Positions 49,701-60,158 of a stretch of DNA of 64,000 nucleotides are shown here, piece by piece; positions within the stretch are counted from its first letter, which is position 1; the number at the start of each line of letters is the position of its first letter. A model generated the notes under the pieces. The model was not told the DNA's origin. It made no database searches and saw only the letters and a program-made list of their open reading frames with translations. The translations under genes were made by a program, and so were the position numbers. Source of the stretch: Fistulifera solaris (Eukaryota); NCBI GenBank assembly GCA_030295235.1, contig AP026123.1:1364001-1428000 (forward strand), in the 5' to 3' direction.

Positions 49701-51040
49701 GCTCGAATTTCGTCACGGAGCTCTGTCCACCACGAGTCTCGTGTTTCCTGATCAGATAGTTTGGAAGCCAGATTTCCCAGATACTTTACTGAACGCGCTG
49801 TTACAAGACCTCCCAATCGGATTCGAACCGACGGATCAAAATCACGAAGCGTCAACAATTGCACCAGATCGTTGTCGGGATTATCGCGATGACGGGCCAC
49901 GGCTGCCAAGGTTGCTTCCGAAAGCCAGAATCGAGATGACTCCATTCCTCCATCAATAGATCTTTCGAACGTTTTCAAGTGATCGTCTTCATTGCGAGTG
50001 ATCTGATTGGAGGACGGAGATTTGTTGTTTGGTGATAAGCAGGACATTGCTCCAATTGTTCCGATGGACGCGGACGCCTTGGTCGGCTGTTTCCTTCGTC
50101 TTTGTAGCAACACGGCAGTTCCGTACGTACGCGCCACAATACCCGAATCGCCTTCCACATCAAAGTTTTGAAAGTACCCAATGACAGCATTAGCACCCAT
50201 TTCTTGCACGGTCTTACACATGCGACGACGAACCGAAGCATCCAACAAATAAAGAAGCGTTTGCCGCGTTTCATGACTCTCGCGGGCGCGACGAAAATTA
50301 TCACTCCATTCAAATTCGGGATCATCCGCCACTACCAGCTCCTCGACGAAGCCAAAGACGTGAGCCACTTCGAACCCACTCGCCGGATCGATGCGCGAAA
50401 AGGGAAGCAGTCGGACTCCCGCGGACGAATCGCGAAAGGGGTTGACGTCGCCAATGAACGTCAACTTGACAGAAAGCAGCAGCTCTCCTCGAACTCCGGT
50501 TAATGTGTCATACAAAGGAAACCATCCATCAATACCTCCTCCTTGATCGGCGTCATTGTCATTTTCTTCGCTCCGTCCCGACTCGGCTGTCAGTAACGGA
50601 TTCAGATCGACATAGACAATGCCGATACTCGGATCGGTCGTCCGCGAAGTAGAAGAAATGGGCGAAGCCAATGACGCAGCCTGTTCCGCATCGCATACTT
50701 TAAAAACTAGCGGCTCATCTTGCAATAAAGTATCATCGGAGACGTCGAAACGAAATTCTTCATTCCAAACGGGCGCACACGTATTGCGACAGACTTTGGT
50801 TTTTGCCGTGTATCCCGACGATGATGATGCGGAAGAATATGTGCGACTCGAATACGTGGCTTTTCGTACCATTTGCTCTTCTTCCGATAGAGCAATGGAA
50901 AAGGCATGCCCGCCCAAGGTAACAATCACGTACGGATCGGGACTGGGCGATCCTTGCAAAAGAGCTGTTCCGGTGCGAGAAGATTCTGGAGGAGGCAAAT
51001 TGCGAGCGCCCTTGACGCGGACTTTGACAGTGGAAGGCAT
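46741..51040 (-). CDS. C2CD5: C2 domain-containing protein 5 (KIAA0528-like)
   Basis: N-terminal C2 ([27 protein letters not shown]); [36 protein letters not shown]; intron 46935-47004. Confidence 0.88.
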
Positions 51041-51202
51041 GACTGATTAAAATTTATAGGAGAAATGGCGAAACACGCACAAAAGGTATGAAAAAGAAGG
51101 ATAGCAAGACAACGCAATGGGTTTTGCTGCGCATCTTTTTTGTCGTTGACAGCTGCGGAAAGCGGCATTCGCAGATCAGAGATAAGGGTAAAATAATTGT
51201 AT

Positions 51203-51254
51203 TCGGGACTCCAGGCCGGTCGTGAAAAAGTAATATACACTTTAGGACTATAGT
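51203..51254 (+). repeat. Dispersed hairpin element copy (degenerate head)
   Basis: TCGGGACTCCAGGCCGGTCGTGAAAAAGTAATATACACTTTAGGACTATAGT; exact 52-nt spacing. Confidence 0.65.
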
Positions 51255-51454
51255 GAACAGGCAAAGCCAAGATGCGCAAGGAACAGGGAACACTGCCGAC
51301 AGACAAACGTCTTCCATTGCAAGCCAAGGAAAAACAACGAAATGCACCGCACGACCGCAATTTTGTTTTCGTTGCGCTTCTCGACAGAACAATAACATAA
51401 GAAGCACGAAACAGAACTTCGTAGACTTAGCTAAAGACACAATATACACGCTTC

Positions 51455-52833
51455 ATGATGGAACTGGATTCGCAACTAGCCTCCACAACAGCACCCGGCA
51501 AACTGTTTGCCAGCCGGGAAGAACTCGCGGCGCATTACAAGTCCGATTGGCACAAGTACAATCTCAAGCGACGAGAAGCCGGCCTTCCGATGCTGTTGGA
51601 GCCCGATTTTCAAGCACGTCTGGACGCGGCCTTGGCGTTGCGTCAAGAGAAAGAGACCGGGACGAGTCATTTGAAGAAGGAGAGTAAAAAGCATTTTAAG
51701 AAGAAAAGGAACGGTATTTCGCAGGTATCGCAAGCGTCGGCGTACGACCGGATGACGAAAGAAACAGAAACTCCGACGACTGATTCCGTAGACGTTGAAC
51801 CAACAGCTGAGAATTCATATCCTACTACAGAAGAACCTGCAGCACCAGAGGCGATTGAAATTGAGCCGCGACAATGTTTATTTGATCGACACATGTCTGT
51901 ATCTGTACAAGCCAATGTGGAACGCATGCAACGGAAATACGGCTTTTCATTCCCGATGCCGAGTATTTGACGGATCTGACGGGTCTAGTCGGGTATTGTC
52001 ACGAAAAGATCAAGCTGGGTCATGTGTGTTTGTACTGTCAAAAGGTCTTTACGACATGGCAAGGATGTCAAAAGCACATGATATCCAAACGCCACACCAA
52101 GTTGCGATACGAACCTGACATTGATTTAGAAGAGTTTGCGGTCTTTTATGATTTCGCGGAAGCTGATGCCGAGTACTTGGGTCGTCCATCATCCGAAAAG
52201 AAAACGGTTGACGCTGAGATGGAAGAAGTGTCTGGTGACGACGAGGATTGGGAAGACATCTCGGATGACGAAGTTGCAGCGATGGACGTGGAAGATGATG
52301 ACCACGATAATGAAGTGATGGACAATGATTTTGATGAAGCCATTGCGAGAATGGGATTTGACGTGACAGCATTGGGCGAACTGGTTCTGCCGGATGGTCG
52401 TATTATAGGCCACAGATTATACCGACGATACTACAAACAACGTGCGCCACGAACGAACACAAGCAACGAAGCAGTGAATGCGGCCCGCTTGGCAGCTAGT
52501 GAACGTCTCTATAGAGGTAAAGTGTACCGTATCGGGTACCAGGGCGACCGTAATAGCTCTAATGATCCTTCGAGCGGCATGACGGCGTTGATGAAAGCCG
52601 GCATAGCTCCAGGCATGGCCGCAGGGCGGGCTGGAAAAGGTCTTTTGGTCAAGAGCGGTGGCTCCTTCACAGCAATGTCGATTTATCGTTATCAAGCAGC
52701 CATGCGGAAGCAGCGAAAAGGCGATGTAAAGGGGCTGAATTTGTACAATCGCACAAGTCTGAATATGAACCGCATGGACAAAAAACACAATCGCTTGATG
52801 AACGGAGTAAGTGTAGCGCATGCGAAAAGATAA
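51455..52833 (+). CDS. ZNF622: Pre-60S factor REI1/ZNF622
   Basis: HYKSDWHKYNLKRR; CLYC.K.F......QKHM..K.H; ELVLPDGRIIGHR..RRYYKQ; frameshift ~51945. Confidence 0.9.
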
Positions 52834-52963
52834 ATATTACAATTTAATTGAAAGTGTAGTTTTGCTGGATTAGACCCTCTGGTTCTTGGTGAAACAAAAA
52901 TTGAAAGTTGCGACCCACGTTCTCCGAAACAGTGATAATTGAGGCACATTGAGATCAAAACAG

Positions 52964-54070
52964 CTATTGCATCTGTGGTGGTATCTGCTGTTCCGTCATT
53001 TCGACTGCCACATCTTCACCATTGTGATCGTGCTCTAAAGTATTACTGTCGGGGCTCACAACGCTTACCTGTGTCCATCGGTAGCGTGTTAACCGTGTCC
53101 ACAAGTAATGCAGCACATTTCTCGAAATGATGGTCCCATTCGCTCGTTCTGTTTCTATTATATGCTCCAGAACATCATACTTACACAGTGGGCACATGGA
53201 CTGACGTTCCGTAAGCCATGGTACGATGCATTCGGTATGATACTGATGTTGGCATGGTAAGCAAGTCCAGGGAGTCGATTGGTCATCATCAAAACAAATC
53301 GCACATTGCTCTACTACCGCGCGTTCGGTCGGTTGCGGCAGTGCCAGCACTTGCTCTTCCGTCAACTTGGCTCCTGCAGCATTAAAAACAATTCTTCCGT
53401 CAGCTTGTACATGACCACGAGCCCCCATCAAAATCATTGCACAAGCACTCAAACTGATCAGCATAAAGAACAATCCCAACGTAGTGACCATCATTTCCTG
53501 CAAATCCGCAGTAGTAATCAATCCTGGTGGAGGTTTCGAATCCATGCGAATGACCGGCCCTCCTTGAGACAGTATTTCCTTCGGTTGTGACGCCAAATAC
53601 GACCTCAGCGATCGACCCGCATGGTGAGTAATCGACAAGAGAACCAAGCGGGAGTCCCCGTACTCGGTAAACATGGGCATCAACGTGTCTTCACCATCCA
53701 GTTCATAATTGTATACAATCAAGAATTTGACAGCCGCCCCCATGGATTCCGCCACGGCGGCTTTGCGCGCAAACGGACAATTGCCTCGCGACGCGAGCAT
53801 GACGACCGCGTCGGCCGGAAGAACCGTCGTATTTGAAATCCGAATCGCTTTCGGTTCAATAAAGGAAGTCGCATTGCTGTCAAAATTGTCACACAGATAC
53901 GGATTTTCGGGAAGAAATTGCAAGCGCGCGTTGTATACTTTGTTGTCATTCATGTAGCGACCGAACAAGGCCGGAAGACTCGGAAGTGTTTCATTGGCAA
54001 AGTAAATCGTAGCGTGTGCGGTCGGCAGCAGCCACAGTGATAAGCAGGTAAACAAGAAAGAGGATAACAT
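52964..54070 (-). CDS. PA-TM-RING E3 ligase (RNF13/RNF167/RMR-like)
   Basis: Signal peptide; PA domain (ASRGNCPFARKA); TM; RING-H2 CAIC...LPCQHQYHTECIVPWL..CPLCK. Confidence 0.9.
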   Translation of the reverse strand: MLSSFLFTCLSLWLLPTAHATIYFANETLPSLPALFGRYMNDNKVYNARLQFLPENPYLCDNFDSNATSFIEPKAIRISNTTVLPADAVVMLASRGNCPFARKAAVAESMGAAVKFLIVYNYELDGEDTLMPMFTEYGDSRLVLLSITHHAGRSLRSYLASQPKEILSQGGPVIRMDSKPPPGLITTADLQEMMVTTLGLFFMLISLSACAMILMGARGHVQADGRIVFNAAGAKLTEEQVLALPQPTERAVVEQCAICFDDDQSTPWTCLPCQHQYHTECIVPWLTERQSMCPLCKYDVLEHIIETERANGTIISRNVLHYLWTRLTRYRWTQVSVVSPDSNTLEHDHNGEDVAVEMTEQQIPPQMQ

Positions 54071-54205
54071 GGTCCTTCGATGAGTAGAAAGAGGAAAGAA
54101 GCAATGCTTATTTGATGAACATGGGTTCGACGGAACTGGCAGCAGAATAATGTCAAAAGCTAATACACATGTTCTTCACGAGGCGCGACTCCTCACTGCT
54201 CCTCA

Positions 54206-54387
54206 GGGCCATTTCTAACCGGAATGTTCGCAATTCGTAATTTCGTATTCGCGCGGTCGCGCACGTTTCCATTTTGCCCAAACGAGAGGGAAATAAGAAA
54301 ATACGAAAGTTCTCGTCTGTCATTTTCTCCGGATACGAACGCGAAATGCGAAAATACGAATACGAAACTTCCGGTTAGAAATGGCCC
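54206..54387. mobile_element. 182-bp MITE, PIF/Harbinger (Tourist)-like
   Basis: Perfect 19-bp TIRs GGGCCATTTCTAACCGGAA (54206-54224 / 54369-54387), extending imperfectly to ~50 bp; 3-bp direct repeat TCA at 54203-54205 and 54388-54390. Confidence 0.85.
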
Positions 54388-54848
54388 TCACTCCTCACTC
54401 CTCCTCTCGTTTCTGTCTACGTGGGGTTACGTACATTTTAGTACTAGCTATAGAGGCCATAGCGCGGAAGCCGAGCGGCGACAGGAGCACTTGCAATCGA
54501 TGCGATTATTCCTACATTAGCACCATCAACAAGGTCAGCAATGAAATTCATTCATTACCTAATCTAGTGCTTCGAGCTTCGATGAGTTGGAACAGTGCCT
54601 GCACAGCGTCTTCAATGAAGCGAAAAAGTCGCTGCAGTACGGGACTGAATGTATTTTGAGTCACAAGAAATGTCTTCTACACGTAATTACAGAGTAGTTG
54701 ATTACCACTGCGATTTGAACGAGTTTCGGAAAAAAATGCGGCGCATTTAAAAAAAAAAAAATAACGAAAAGAGGCGACTGACTCTCACCTGGTATCATTA
54801 TTCAACTCAGTTCATCTTACATCAATTTGTAATAGTTACAACAGGAAA

Positions 54849-55595
54849 ATGTCTACCAAGAAAAGACCAGGAGTGCAGGCAGGCATGGAATTGGCGGCGC
54901 AGCCTGACAACGTGGAACTGTGGCTCGCTACGGAAAAGAAACTAGCCGATTTGCCCATACCGAAATTGCCGGAACTCGAGAAGAAGTTAAAGTCTTTTTC
55001 GAAGAAGGAAAATCTCACCTTGAGCGATCTAGATACGATTGTTAGTTGGAAATTTACCGTGGGAAAAGCTCGTCCTTCGATTCGCAAACTAGTGCAGTCC
55101 AATCCGGAGGAGGAAGTTTATACCTTCACAGATAAAGCCATCCGCATGGCCAGAATTACTCGCGCAACAGACAGTGATAAGAGAATTAGTGAGTGTTTGG
55201 AAGAACTGGAGAAACTAAGTGGTATAGGACCGGCGACAGCGAGCGCCGTGCTGACCCTCTTCAATCCTTCGGTCTTTTGTTTCATGTACGACGAAGTCAT
55301 TGATTGTTTCATGCCCCAGCGAGATTATAAACGATCCACGTATCTTTCCGTCCGAAAAGAGTGTGAACGAATTGCCAATGCTCTCAATGCGGCCAGCTCT
55401 TCGTCGTCTTGGACGCCGGCTCGTGTTGCTACCGTATTGTGGACGGCCTGTCGAGACTGCGCCATCCATGGAACTAGCTCAAAGCAGCCAGCTGCGGGTG
55501 ACAATACACAGGAAGATAAGAAGCCACCCGCCAGTCAACGTAAAACTGCCGAAACGAAAGAATCCGCTACCCGCCCCAAACGACAAAAACGATGA
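54849..55595 (+). CDS. Helix-hairpin-helix (DNA-glycosylase-fold-like) protein
   Basis: IVSWKFTVGKARP; LEKLSGIGPATASAVL (HhH); FMYDE; basic NLS-like C-terminus. Confidence 0.7.
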   Translation: MSTKKRPGVQAGMELAAQPDNVELWLATEKKLADLPIPKLPELEKKLKSFSKKENLTLSDLDTIVSWKFTVGKARPSIRKLVQSNPEEEVYTFTDKAIRMARITRATDSDKRISECLEELEKLSGIGPATASAVLTLFNPSVFCFMYDEVIDCFMPQRDYKRSTYLSVRKECERIANALNAASSSSSWTPARVATVLWTACRDCAIHGTSSKQPAAGDNTQEDKKPPASQRKTAETKESATRPKRQKR

Positions 55596-55621
55596 ATCGG
55601 CTATAAAAAACAAACTAAAAG

Positions 55622-57097
55622 TTAGGCCATTCGCTTCGCCGCGGCATTCTTTTGTTTTTCCCGTCGATTCGCCAGCTTTCGCTCTTTGGCTCTTTGGTTC
55701 CCTTTACTCCGATTGTCATTCGCATTGCCGTTGCTGGAAGACTCGGCATTCGTTGAGCCTTCGGTAGGCGCATCCTTCTTATTAGATCCACGGCCGCCTC
55801 TCCCACCGCGACCCCCTCGCCCCGCGTTCGGAATTCTCCCACCCTTTAATTTGTCCGCACCTCGATACATCTTTCCATTCTCAACAGAAGCATCTTCTTG
55901 CGCTACTTTTTTATTCGACGAAAGACGCTGTGTATGATTGGTGTTGCGATCGTCTTCCCAAAAAGCCTGTTCTTCCACAATACCCTTCAATACCCGGTTA
56001 TACGTCCGCACCGCATCATAATTATCGTACAGGCCTTCATCGGACGCTCTTCGATTCCCTTCTGTCTCATCGTACTGATCATCGTAGTCATCATTGTATT
56101 CATCATGGGCACCCTGTCGCATCACCATATCCAACATGTATGCTTCTTCTTCTTGTTGTCTCTGTGCTGCCAGCAATGCAGCCTTGGCAATTTGTTTCGC
56201 TTCTTCTTCTTCGGTCTCCTTGTTTCGTCCTTCGATGCGCCGCCGTGGCAATTTCCGATCGTATAGCCGCAACGCTGGCGGAAGATGATCCATGTCAATG
56301 AGGGCTGCAACCGTTTGCTCTACATCTCCCTTGTAGTACGACAAACACAATTCGACAAATCCTTCTCCCAGACCTGGTACTACTTGTAGTACTTGGTGGA
56401 TACGACGTTGCAACTCAACGCCCGGTTCGACGACGACGGGGGTGGATTGTTGGTTTTCTATTGACGAAGGAGACATCTGTGCGACCTTTGCAACATCTTC
56501 GATCGGTTGCCACAATAGTTGCAAATAGTCGACATGATCCGGATGCTTTTGAAGCAGAGTTTGTTGCCATCCGGGTTCATGATCTTGAAACCAATCGATG
56601 ACATCATTCCAGATAGGATCTTCGTGTAATTGATGTAAGAGAGGCAAATATTCTTCCCATGATAATTGATGTTTGAGTAAGAAAAGAGCCAGTATTTGTA
56701 CAATATTTGTGTCATTCGAGCGACGATGTGTCGTTTGCAATGTGGTCAGTTGCTCTGAAGTGAGATCCGGAACACGAGGTGCCAAATGATAAATTTCCGC
56801 TACGGCTTCCAAGCATTCCTCTCGGTTGCTATCATTCGTTTCTAAAACATGAAATAGTCCATCGCGCAGTGGCTCGACGATATGAGAATCTGGTATCACG
56901 TTTAAGAGCTGGCGCAGTGACGAGCGTACGGTCGTCCCCTCATCGAGTTTGGCCAGTAACTTTCCGATTTGATAAATCTGCAGTGCCGTCGGCCAGGGGG
57001 ACGACGACTCGCTGTTGCTGTTCCATGTAACAAGAGTGTTTTGAACACAAGCCAATAAATCAGCTGGAATATCACGTGGTGTCGCAGAACTTGTCAT
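55622..57097 (-). CDS. ASCC2: ASCC2/Cue3-like CUE-domain protein
   Basis: CUE-like VLQVVPGLGEGFVELCLSYYKGDVEQTVAALI; EYNDDYDDQYD; RGG and basic C-terminus. Confidence 0.72.
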   Translation of the reverse strand: MTSSATPRDIPADLLACVQNTLVTWNSNSESSSPWPTALQIYQIGKLLAKLDEGTTVRSSLRQLLNVIPDSHIVEPLRDGLFHVLETNDSNREECLEAVAEIYHLAPRVPDLTSEQLTTLQTTHRRSNDTNIVQILALFLLKHQLSWEEYLPLLHQLHEDPIWNDVIDWFQDHEPGWQQTLLQKHPDHVDYLQLLWQPIEDVAKVAQMSPSSIENQQSTPVVVEPGVELQRRIHQVLQVVPGLGEGFVELCLSYYKGDVEQTVAALIDMDHLPPALRLYDRKLPRRRIEGRNKETEEEEAKQIAKAALLAAQRQQEEEAYMLDMVMRQGAHDEYNDDYDDQYDETEGNRRASDEGLYDNYDAVRTYNRVLKGIVEEQAFWEDDRNTNHTQRLSSNKKVAQEDASVENGKMYRGADKLKGGRIPNAGRGGRGGRGGRGSNKKDAPTEGSTNAESSSNGNANDNRSKGNQRAKERKLANRREKQKNAAAKRMA

Positions 57098-57229
57098 ATT
57101 AAAGACTCTGTTTGTTGTTGCTGGTTGTTGTTATTGTTGCAAACGGATTTTGTTGATTTTTCCGAGAAACACAGAAAAATCTGGAATAATCCATCGCCCT
57201 TCAGTCTACCGTAGACTTTAAGGTCCTTA

Positions 57230-57354
57230 CCGGACTGCGCCCAGACTGCGCGCCGGACTGTTGAGTCTGCGCCGGACTACGCGAGTCTGCACCGGACAGC
57301 GCGTCGGACTGTTGATGAGAGTCTGCGCCGGACTATGCGAGTCTGCACCGGACT
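57230..57354. repeat. GC-rich minisatellite (GAGTCTGCRCCGGACT core)
   Basis: About 8 CCGGACT/CAGACT/CGGACA units; AGTCTGCRCCGGAC occurs four times. Confidence 0.85.
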
Positions 57355-57654
57355 TATCTACTATTGTTGTCGAAGATTGATTACAATTCTCCTATTTTGA
57401 TCTATTATCTAGACTACTATCCCTTCTTGCTTCCCCGTTCAGCTAAAGGGAAGACAGGCACATTCGGAGGCTGTGGAGGAATCCAGAGAATCGCAAAGAA
57501 AAATGGCCAGAATTTTTAGGCTTGGTAAAATGGCTGTTTCGTGAAAAGGACAACGTCCTTTACTAAAACAGAAACAATTCTATTCTATACAACAACGCTT
57601 TGGGTACTCTTGCAAAACTATGTTGTAGAACAAGGATCTAGCGCTCGATCCTTG

Positions 57655-57750
57655 TCGTAAAGTCGAATGCGCCTCCGCAATGTTTCACTTCGTTTTTGAC
57701 TATAGCCGCAAGTGTTGTCCGTTTTCGCCAGGACTGGATTTTAGTCATGA
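57655..57750 (-). repeat. Dispersed hairpin element copy (~95 bp similarity to the 1007/1253 units)
   Basis: Reverse complement TCATGACTAAAATCCAGTCCTGGCGAAAACGGACAACACTTGCGGCTATAGTCAAAAACG versus CAGTCGTTACGAAATACGGACAACACTTTGGTCTATAGTGAAATACG at 1048. Confidence 0.85.
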
Positions 57751-58103
57751 AACAAAAATTCCTATAGCTCCCTTTTGTGATCTCCATGCGACGGTGACCT
57801 TTTCTTTAAGATTAAGTTTCCAAAATTAGTTATCACTAGGAGCAACTCCGCTCGATCATCCTCGTGTCAAAAATCGCCGTTGATTAGGTAACTGGAAATC
57901 GTGATCGTGCCAAGATTTTACTCTAGTCACAAAGTGTGTCGTTTGAGTACCGTAGTTGGCGGAGTGTATATCCATTAAAGTACCCACGTTTCGGCGAGGT
58001 GTTTTTATTCGACAAAGATGACAACGATGATGATGAGAATGTTCATTATTATTTATGTGCTGTTCTTCTTTTTCTTTCGTGTAAATTGTTTTCTCCTTGC
58101 AAG

Positions 58104-59775
58104 ATGTTAAACGCTTACAACACGCTCCTCTTGTCGCTCGTCGGTTGCAGTCTTCTCTTGCCGACAACTACGGCTTGTATGGACGCGGCCGATCGCGTGA
58201 CCCATCTTCCCGGATGGAATCAACCGTTGCCAAGTGCCTGGTATTCTGGCTTTCTCGATTATGAGTTTCAGGGACACACGATTCATACACACTATATACT
58301 CGTGGAAGCAGAAGATTTGGGCGAAGACAAGGTAAAACCATTGATTTATTGGACCAACGGGGGACCGGGAGCGAGTAGTTTGTTTGGCCTCATGACCGAG
58401 TTAGGTCCGTTGCTGTTTTCGGATGACTCGTTGTCGGGTCATGATGACATCCCGAAACCAATGTACAATCCCAACAGCTGGACGCGTCTCGGAACATTGC
58501 TCATTGTTGATCAACCCGCTCCGATTGGGTTCAGTTATTGCGATGACGATGTGATGGGGCGCAATTGTTTGTCGTGGACCGATGAGCTTGCGGCGGAAAA
58601 CACACACGCGGCGCTGCGGGCATTTTTCGACAAATATCCGTGTTATCAAGAATTGGATTTTTATCTGACAGGGGAATCGTACGGAGGGATTTACGGTGCG
58701 TGCGTCAGAAGGAAAAAGTTGGACGATTACTGGTACTTGCTGAGTATCACCTCACGAACCCTTTTCATTCCCAACAGTACCGACACTAGCGCGTTCTATT
58801 TTAGAGGACAAGACGTCGAACTTCAATCTCAAAGGGTTTGCCGTAGGAGATGGCTGTTTGGGGACACAAACGGGAATTTGTCCCGATTTAGGAGGGACGG
58901 GTTTCGATGCGTGGAAAGTGCTCTTTTGTTCGGACATGGCCAGATTCCTATTGCTACCTTTCAAGAATTTATGCGGGCCTGTGCACCCCATCAGACGGGC
59001 AATTGGGCGCTGCAGACTCCGGACAATCCCGCTTGTCAAAAAGTTGTCAAAGACATTGAGGTCCAAGCGGGAGGATACTACGAATACAATCTTTACGACG
59101 ATTGCACGTACCGCAATGGTATTCTCGCGGGAGCGGTCAACGATTATGCCTGTGGAGGGGATATGGTAATGGAAGCTTACTTCCAACATCCCGAAGTCCT
59201 AGAAGCCTTTCACGTTCCGAACAACTACTACAGTGTTGACAACGCCGTTGGCTTTGATTACACGCCCACGGAAAAGGATTTGCGACCCTTTTACAAGTCA
59301 CTCACATACGACAATCGGCTCCGCGATGAGTCTTCTCAAATTCGCGTCTTGATTTACAACGGGGACGCGGATCCTGCCATTACGAGTTTGGCAGCACAAA
59401 ACTGGACCTGGCATTTGGATTTACCGGAAATTGAAAGCTGGCGGCCTTGGACGGTCGATAGTTGCCGTCGCGTGGGCGGATACGTGACACGATACGAGGG
59501 TAGTTTTGACTTTTGACCATTCGGGGTGCGGGTCATATGGTAGGTGCTATTCAAATGATGATAAATGTTGTTTGCATATCACGAAACCATATCCTAATTT
59601 TCGATTCCTTTGAATGACTGGATTTCGTGTTTAGGTCCCCACATACAAGTCTGATGCTACATTTGCTTTCATCAGCGCATGGATCAATAACGAAGACTAT
59701 CCATTGTATGACAAGGATTGCGTTAGCCCTGAATTTCAACGGGTCAAAGAAGTAGTCTCTGTACAGCCAAAGTAA
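58104..59775 (+). CDS. Serine carboxypeptidase (peptidase S10)
   Basis: Signal; WTNGGPGASS; GESYGG; VLIYNGDAD; GAGHMVP after splicing. Introns 58696-58777 and 59540-59634; two frameshifts. Confidence 0.92.
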
Positions 59776-60158
59776 TGACGACGACCACGATTTGCTAATC
59801 AGTCAATTTGTTCGAATACTTTCTTGATAGTATTGGTAAAGTGGCCATAGCTAAGATATTTTTTGTTAATGATTATATGACGAATAAATCAGCGAATCAA
59901 TCTTTTTTTAGATTTTCCTAGAGACCCGAAAGCCCCTGACACTTAACCTTAGTTTTTTTTTGAACTTCAGTTTCTCGTTGAAGGCGAGCCACGCGCAAGC
60001 CGACGTGACATGCTGGCGCGCGCCTCGTCCGCTTTCGCGGTTGAATGAGATGCTGCGCGGTCCTTGAACGACAAAAACAAAAGGACGAGTTTGATTTTGA
60101 ATTGAATTCAGATCCCCTCCAATAAAACCAAGTTTAACATCATTATTCAACATTTAGA

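Noticed and set aside
54641..54666. Head-like GTGACTCAAAATACATTCAGTC on the minus strand, resembling the 813 long-loop variant
   Set aside because: No second box; could be chance.
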